Assembly (NCBI GenBank): GCA_963575745.1
Contig: CAUYUJ010000159.1
Location: forward strand, 248,001 to 312,000
DNA length: 64,000 nucleotides
Direction of reading: 5' to 3'
From: Prorocentrum cordatum
Taxonomy: Eukaryota
The notes under the pieces are model-generated. The model was not told the DNA's origin, did not search any database, and saw nothing but the letters and a program-made list of their open reading frames with translations. Made by a program: the position numbers and the translations under genes. Shown here one piece after another: positions 58,066-64,000 of the stretch (positions are counted from its first letter, which is position 1; every line of letters starts with the position of its first letter).

Positions 58066-59898
58066 TCACGCACCTCCGTCTGCTGGAGTCGCTGCTGCCG
58101 CCGCGGCTGCGGTGCGCGCCTCGGGCACCGAGGCCGCCCCTGCTCTCTTCTCCTTTCTCGGCGGAGAAGCCGTCGTTTTGTCCACCTCGATCATCGTCTT
58201 GTCCGCCATCCCGTCGATCCTGCGCACCTCCGCCTGGACTGGCGACTCGTACTCGTGCGTGACACTCTCCGTCGGCGCTGGCAAGTAGGGATCGTCGAGC
58301 TGGGACGCCGTGGTCATTGGAGCCCACGGCTGCGTCGGCTGTGAGCATTGCGGTCTGTGTATCACTGGTGTCGGCTGGCTGCTCTTGCCCTCGGCGTCGC
58401 CTGGCTCCACTGGCGATGTTGGCGAGCAGCTCATCCTTCCACACTTGGACGGGGCCTTCGGTGACGCCATTGCCGTCTTGGGCTGGCCCATGGGCGTCCC
58501 TGGCGCGGCATTCACACCTGCTGGTGTAGGCGGCGACCGCTGCGCTGGCGGCGGCGTCGTCTGTCCAGGCGTAGGCATCCCCCCAATCGGTGTCCTCGGT
58601 GCCGCTGCCACTGGCGTTGCTGGCGATCTCTGCGCAGGCGGCGGTGTTGATTCCACATCCATGGGCTCCGTCTCTGCAGCTACGGCTTGCGCTGGCGGCT
58701 GCGGTGGGAACGCTGGCGGCGGCCTCTGCGGCACTGCTGCCGCTGCCGCTGGCACGGCCTGGGGCGCTGTCCCTCCGCTGGCGCCAGGCGTTGCAACACC
58801 CGACGCCGCCGCGGTAAACCCCATCGCCGACATGACCATGCCCATCTGCCTGTCCTGCTGCTCCATGCGCATCATCATCTGCTGCATCATCATTTCGATC
58901 GGAGACAACTGCTGCTGCGGCTGGAAACCTGGAGGCGGTGGTGGTGGGATGTGCGACGGCGCTGGACATGGTGCCGCACCCGCTGGCACACCAAAACGCC
59001 CAGGCGGCTGCTGCAGCCCTTGCCCATGCTGGGCGGCTGCGGCTGCCTGCATCTCCATCTCCTCTTCTTGGCGCTGCACCTCCAGCTCTGCCAGGTAGTC
59101 GTCCAGCTTGTTCACTTCGTCGCATAGCTCCTCTTCCTGCGTCTGATATGTGGCGATACGGGCTCTGGTATTGCTTAACTTGTCGATCGTGGCCTTCTTC
59201 TTGGCACGCATGGCTTCGATCTGCTGCCATGTTGGCTGGGTCGAACCCATCATGCACTTGAGCACGCTGAGCTTCTCGTCGAGCTTGGTCGCCTCTCCCT
59301 CGTCCGCCGCCCTTCTCGCCGCCATCGCCATCTTCGCATACTCCACCATGCGGTTGCGGGTCGCATCCTGAAGCTGCTTCTGCGCCATGGGCTCCACTGG
59401 CGGTTCGTGGTAGAGCTGGCCGAAGTCTGCGGCCTCGGCCTTTGTCATCGGGACGATCCTGGAGATGTACATTTTCACCTGCTTGTCGACTGGCTGTGAC
59501 TTCGGCTTGCGGCTGGCACTGCGATCCCTTCGATCCCGTCTGTCGCGCTCTGCCCGTGCATCTGCTGCCATCTGATCCCTTTGTACATATTGACGTTGCC
59601 CACGGGCGATCGATGCTGACGGCGGCCGAGCAACCTCCCCTTGGCGCAGACGATTCTGATGATGACCTCCGCACAAGCAACGCTGGTGATTCTTGACGTA
59701 CCGCCCGCATGGGCAGTTCCAGTGTCCGAAGTTTGTCATGGCCGAATGGTGTTGCTGGAGCACCTCTGTCGCACGGAGCACTGCCAACAGGACTCGTGCT
59801 CTTGTTCGCCGTCTTCTCAACCTCTTGTGCCAGGATGCCTCCTTGGCTGTCGCAGACTGGGAATGTGTGGGATTGTGAGATGTATTCTTCGCCGTAAT
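58066..59898 (-). CDS. LINE-DNMT ORF1 (first AUG 59739; putative AUU start 59898): Cys finger, coiled coil, Pro/Ala-rich tail
   Basis: W.CPCG....RCLCG, a long heptad region, and a low-complexity C-terminus. Intact frame. Confidence 0.75.
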   Translation of the reverse strand: MTAKNTSHNPTHSQSATAKEASWHKRLRRRRTRARVLLAVLRATEVLQQHHSAMTNFGHWNCPCGRYVKNHQRCLCGGHHQNRLRQGEVARPPSASIARGQRQYVQRDQMAADARAERDRRDRRDRSASRKPKSQPVDKQVKMYISRIVPMTKAEAADFGQLYHEPPVEPMAQKQLQDATRNRMVEYAKMAMAARRAADEGEATKLDEKLSVLKCMMGSTQPTWQQIEAMRAKKKATIDKLSNTRARIATYQTQEEELCDEVNKLDDYLAELEVQRQEEEMEMQAAAAAQHGQGLQQPPGRFGVPAGAAPCPAPSHIPPPPPPGFQPQQQLSPIEMMMQQMMMRMEQQDRQMGMVMSAMGFTAAASGVATPGASGGTAPQAVPAAAAAVPQRPPPAFPPQPPAQAVAAETEPMDVESTPPPAQRSPATPVAAAPRTPIGGMPTPGQTTPPPAQRSPPTPAGVNAAPGTPMGQPKTAMASPKAPSKCGRMSCSPTSPVEPGDAEGKSSQPTPVIHRPQCSQPTQPWAPMTTASQLDDPYLPAPTESVTHEYESPVQAEVRRIDGMADKTMIEVDKTTASPPRKEKRAGAASVPEARTAAAAAAATPADGGA

Positions 59899-59983
59899 CG
59901 CGCGCGCCCCAGTCACCAGCAATGCAGCTGAAACTGGCCAGGGGCGCGGCGCCTAAGCCCCGAGCTCACAGGCACTTCGGATG

Positions 59984-60001
59984 CCTGAGCCCAGGATGGC
60001 T
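59984..60001 (-). other. Degenerate spliced-leader relic at the LINE-DNMT 5' end
   Basis: Reverse complement AGCCATCCTGGGCTCAGG vs SL AGCCATTTTGGCTCAAG, exactly at the boundary with the flanking microsatellite. Confidence 0.6.
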
Positions 60002-61610
60002 TTGCTCCTGCTCCTGCTCCTGCTCCCGCTCCTCCTCCTCCTCCTCCTCCTCCTCCTCCTCCTCCTCCACGTGTCTATTCCTCCTCCTCCTCCTCTTCCT
60101 CCACCTCTTCCTCCTCCTCTTCTTCCTCATTCTCCTCTTCCTCCTCCTCTTCCTCCTCCTCCGCCTCCTCGTCCTCCCCTCCTCCTTTTCCACCTCCTCC
60201 TCTTTCTCTTCCTCCCCTCTTCCTCCTCCTTCTCCTTCTCCTCCTCTTTCTCCTCCACCTTCCTGTTCCTCTTCTTCGTCCTCCTCCTCCTCCTTCTCCT
60301 CCTCCTCCTACTCCCTCCTTTGCGCGCGCGAACTTGCATCTGTTGACTGCTGTCAAGCAGGAGGGCGGCAGAAAATCGCTAAGAGTATTCCACAACTCGG
60401 ATCTCATGTCCAGTGTGCTACGAGATAAAAGCAACCTACCCTGTGCACGGGCACGTGTTTAAGAGGGAAGGGGATATGGGATTCCAGAGACATGTACTTT
60501 CAACGGACGGCATGTGTGATTCCATGCGCCCAACGGCGTCTTGCGAGACGTAGAGGTCTCCTCTGTGTCCTCCCCGGCGACCAGCTAATGTCCTTTGCTT
60601 CTCCCGCGCATGGCCACAACTCGCAATGCCGCACCACTGGTTTGCCTGACGGTTCGAAGTACTTCCGCACCCGGCGACAAACATGTGCCAAGAAGTTGTC
60701 CCCCTTGACTGCGCAGCGCACACAGGAACAACAATGCACACGCACCCTGCCGCCGCACACACACACACACACACACACATCGCGGCGGGTGCGGCGTGGA
60801 TCCGAGTGCAACCAAGAAAACTGCTGCAGCCATGCTCTCCATCAAGCGATCGATACTTTGCCTGTACCCGTGCTCCTGCCACAGCTCCCCCACGGGCTGG
60901 GGAGCGTGCCGCATATGAGACATCGAATACCAGAGAACATGAGTTCGTGAATGCTCTATCCCCCTGCCGCCCCGAATGGGGACCTCAGCGGGGGCGTGGA
61001 CAAAACGCCGACCGCCGCTCCATGGAACAGAAACACAAATAGGAACTGATGTTTTGCACCAAGTCTGAACTCCCGTAGGCTTTGGAAACCTGATCGGTTC
61101 ACTCTCATCGAGGCCGTGGCCCCATTTGCCCAGGTTCGGCACCCCCACGAGCTCCTCGGGGGAGGACCGCAAATAGCCCTACACTGGAGCGCAAAGTCTT
61201 GGAATCACCCACCGTGCCTGCAGTTTCGGGCCCACAGCTTCGCAACTGTAGTTCCGCGTCCTGCGCAGCCACAGTGAAGGTGAACCGACGCATCGAGACT
61301 CGGCGCCCCGAGCTCCAAGCCTGGCGATCGTCTCACTCGAGGGAAGGTGATGCCGCGCCTCCACGGACGTGTACTCCACGACGCCCATGCCTGGCAACCG
61401 ATCAGAATCCACACTCGCACACGGGTGTAGCAAATGAGTGCCCGCAATCAAACTGCATGTCTGACCCTTTTTTGTCCCGCCCTGAGGCACCGAGGACAGA
61501 CGCAGTACGCGGATGCGAGGCCACGTGTACGGATTGACAAAACTGCAAACAACGAATCCGATATAACATGTTAGCTGGCGTGAACCCTACGCACTGTGTT
61601 CTAGCATACC

Positions 61611-61764
61611 ACGTGGTGCAATCTACGTGGTGTAACCTACGTGGTGCAATCTGTGTGGTGCAAACTACGTAATGCAACCTACGTGGTGCAATTCGTGTGG
61701 TGCGACCTACATGGTGCAATCAATGTGGAGTGATCTACGTGGTGCAATCTATTTGGCGTAATTC
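61611..61764. repeat. 14-bp minisatellite (acgtggtgcaatct), ~11 units
   Basis: Indel-free 14-nt period. Confidence 0.9.
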
Positions 61765-62953
61765 ACTTTGCAATTGACAACTCCACTTCTCGCGCACCCA
61801 TCCCACCCACCCACCCGCAACTTGGCTTGCAAAACCCGTGCGGCGGCGATTGTGATGACTGCTTGGCGCTGGCTGGCGCATCGATGCGGCCGCGCAAGCC
61901 TGCGCATGCTCGCGCGCAGAAGGGCCAGCCGGCCTGGCGCGACCGACGCGCCGCGGTGGCGCTGACCGCTGAACTTTCCAGCGCGTCTGGCAGGTCGCGC
62001 TGACGCGTGGCATCATGGCGACGCTGACAACGGCACAAACGATGATGATTGACCTGTGTTGGTGTCGGCGATAGCGATGACGACGGTAAGACAAATGACG
62101 GCGCCGATGGTGACCACGCCGACGTCGGTGATGAAGGTTTTGGGAGGCATTCAACATGCGCGCGCGGCCGACGGGCGCGAGTGGCCCGCATTGTATCATT
62201 TGACAGGGATCGTGCCCCCCCCCCCCATACGCGCGCAAAGGGCCTTCGAACGATTCCGACACGCACGCGCGAGACGCACGTTAGATCGAATTTGATGAAA
62301 TGTTGAGAACAATGCGATTCTCCAAAGAAGTCGAAGGAGCGCGCGTGCTCAGACCATGTTTGAACAATCATGCTGCACGACCACATGTTTCTAGACGTGT
62401 TCGGGAAACTCGATATTGAACTCCGCGTGAAAACAAACAAGTGTTTGACGGATGTCGGCATGCGCGCGCGACGACGCGCGCGTGTGCACTTCGTCTTTTT
62501 TGTTGTAAGTGGCTCTCGGACATGACCCATGACTTTTGATAACGAGAGTGCGCGTGTTGCGTTTTCTGCAAAAAGATAAGGGGCCGATGCCGGCTGGGCT
62601 GGGATGGTAGCTCCGATGTCTACTGGGGTTTGTCGCGTGCCCCCTGGGCTCCGGCGCGTCTCCCCGCGTGATGTACCCAGAAGGCTCCAAGAGGCCTTCA
62701 AGACGGTACAAGAGGGCCCCGAAACGCTGAAATATCGTTCCAAGACACCCAAGACGGTCTCATAATGGCCCAAAAGAATTGAGAGAACGCGTTTCACGGG
62801 CGCTTGCCTTGGGAACTTTCGGCGGCGCGTTTCAAACCGGGGGGCGCCCCCCACCCCCAACACTCGGCGCCGTCGATCAAAACCAGGGGGACTCCCCTCC
62901 CCCACAAACCCCCCCCTCCCGACCCCACCCCCCCTCCGTGTGTGGGGAATGCC

Positions 62954-63166
62954 TCGATCACGATTCGTCGATTCTCCGTTCGGTCGGCCGCCTCGGCCGG
63001 CCACCTGGGGATGGAAGTTCCCACAACTTACGTCGATCACGATTCGTCGATTCTCCGGTCGGTCGGCCGCCTCGGCCGGCGACCTGGGGATGGAGGTTCC
63101 CACAGCTTACGTCGATCACAATTCGTCGATTCTCCGGTCGGTCGGCCGCCTCGGCCGGCCGGCGAC
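62954..63166. repeat. 79-bp tandem repeat, ~2.7 near-identical units
   Basis: tcgatcac starts at 62954, 63033 and 63112. Confidence 0.9.
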
Positions 63167-63541
63167 TGTTTAGATTGCCACTGGGGGCCAGGATTTGGAG
63201 CGAGGGGCCCAGGGATGGCCTCCTGTGGTGCCGCAGGCTGCACGTGAGGAATAAATCGCGTCTCAAGTGCATCCTGGTTTTTGCTGTGTTACGCGGTGCG
63301 TGAGGCATGGCATGGCATAGCATTGAGTAGTGGCGCCGGCGGTGCACAATAGTAATTCGGTTGAGGACCTTGGCTCAAGGCCCCGGCCGAGTGCCGCAGG
63401 GAAGTCCCTATCGAGACCATGTTTGGGGACTTCTTGAGGACCTAAGGCATAATGTTTGGCGCATTCGGTCGGCACCAATTCGCCTCAGAAGCGCGGGGAG
63501 CGTGGCAACACCATCCCCGCGCCAATGATATATTTGTCCTG

Positions 63542-64000
63542 TTTGGCTCAAGACTCGACGTCCGAGCGAGGAAAACATGCCCGAGCAGAGGAGCAATAAA
63601 GCGCGGCAACGCCGTTTGCTCCTCCGTCTCACTCGTACTTGTGACACCCTCCTCAGGCTTAGGTTCCATCTCCCGATCGACGATACTCTCCATAATCCTT
63701 TTCCCATACCTCGTTTCAGAGCCCCGGTTATACTTCGCACAGGGAGTGAGTATAGAAGAACTGGCACAGGAAGAAGATCAATGAACAACGATATGATGTA
63801 TTCTGCGCACCCGTTCGTGGACCAGCACCCGCTGATGTCCACAAGGGTTATGAGCCCAACCGGACCTTCAGCTTCCTTTCCCGCATCCTCTTCGACGACC
63901 ACCTGGACGCCTTTCTCGGCATGTGTTGCAGGATCGGGCACGTGGATGATCCGAACGTGTCACGCGTGCGCCGACGTGATGACAGGGCCCACTGTCACGT
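63542..64000 (+). other. SL relic (tttggctcaag) followed by an AUG ORF (63577) open to the window end; probable 5' end of a retroposed element or gene
   Basis: 11-nt exact match to the SL 3' end at 63542-63552; a second ttggctcaag at 63370-63379; MPEQRSNKARQRRLLLRL... has no stop before 64000. Confidence 0.4.

Larger units (their letters stand above)
50866..60002 (-). mobile_element. Full-length LINE carrying a C5-cytosine DNA methyltransferase domain (LINE-DNMT)
   Basis: SL relic at the 5' end, ORF1, ORF2 (RNase H-APE-RT-C2H2-DNMT), short (GAA)n tail, and a possible 13-bp TSD tgctcctgctcct (50853-50865 / 60003-60015, low complexity). Confidence 0.9.

Noticed and set aside
57809..59710. 633-aa overlapping minus-strand ORF and other long GC-rich shadow ORFs (e.g. 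44566-46422, 11226-12620, 61763-63103)
   Set aside because: Arg/Ala/Gly-rich alternative frames expected in high-GC or repetitive DNA. Only the 3' part of 44566-46422 carries real LINE motifs.

Overview
Eukaryotic, GC-rich, microsatellite-laden intergenic or intronic DNA. It is almost certainly from a dinoflagellate: genomic copies of the dinoflagellate spliced leader DCCGTAGCCATTTTGGCTCAAG and a DNMT-bearing LINE are both present. No host gene, rRNA, tRNA or CRISPR array is recognisable, though small exons could be missed. The window is a mosaic of retroelements separated by (GA)n, (CCT)n and (CAT)n tracts. Highlights: (1) A 6.56-kb Penelope-like element (35095-41653) sits in a (GT)n target with 444-bp pseudo-LTRs and an N-terminal GIY-YIG endonuclease upstream of the RT. 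It also carries a 369-aa Gly-rich/coiled-coil C-terminal extension, a separate ~3-TM membrane-protein ORF, and an antisense His-containing heptad ORF built from a 21-bp array. (2) A full-length ~9.1-kb LINE (50866-60002, minus) has ORF2 order RNase H-APE-RT-C2H2-C5 cytosine methyltransferase. (3) A second LINE (6693-10213) has ORF1 and ORF2 in one frame, separated by a single UAG followed by a strong hairpin. (4) The ORF1s of these two LINEs share a gapless, conserved 53-codon Arg/His leader upstream of the first AUG, starting at an AUU codon in both. (5) Spliced-leader relics cap several elements. The rest is degraded LINE and CRE-type fragments, MITE-like elements and minisatellites.
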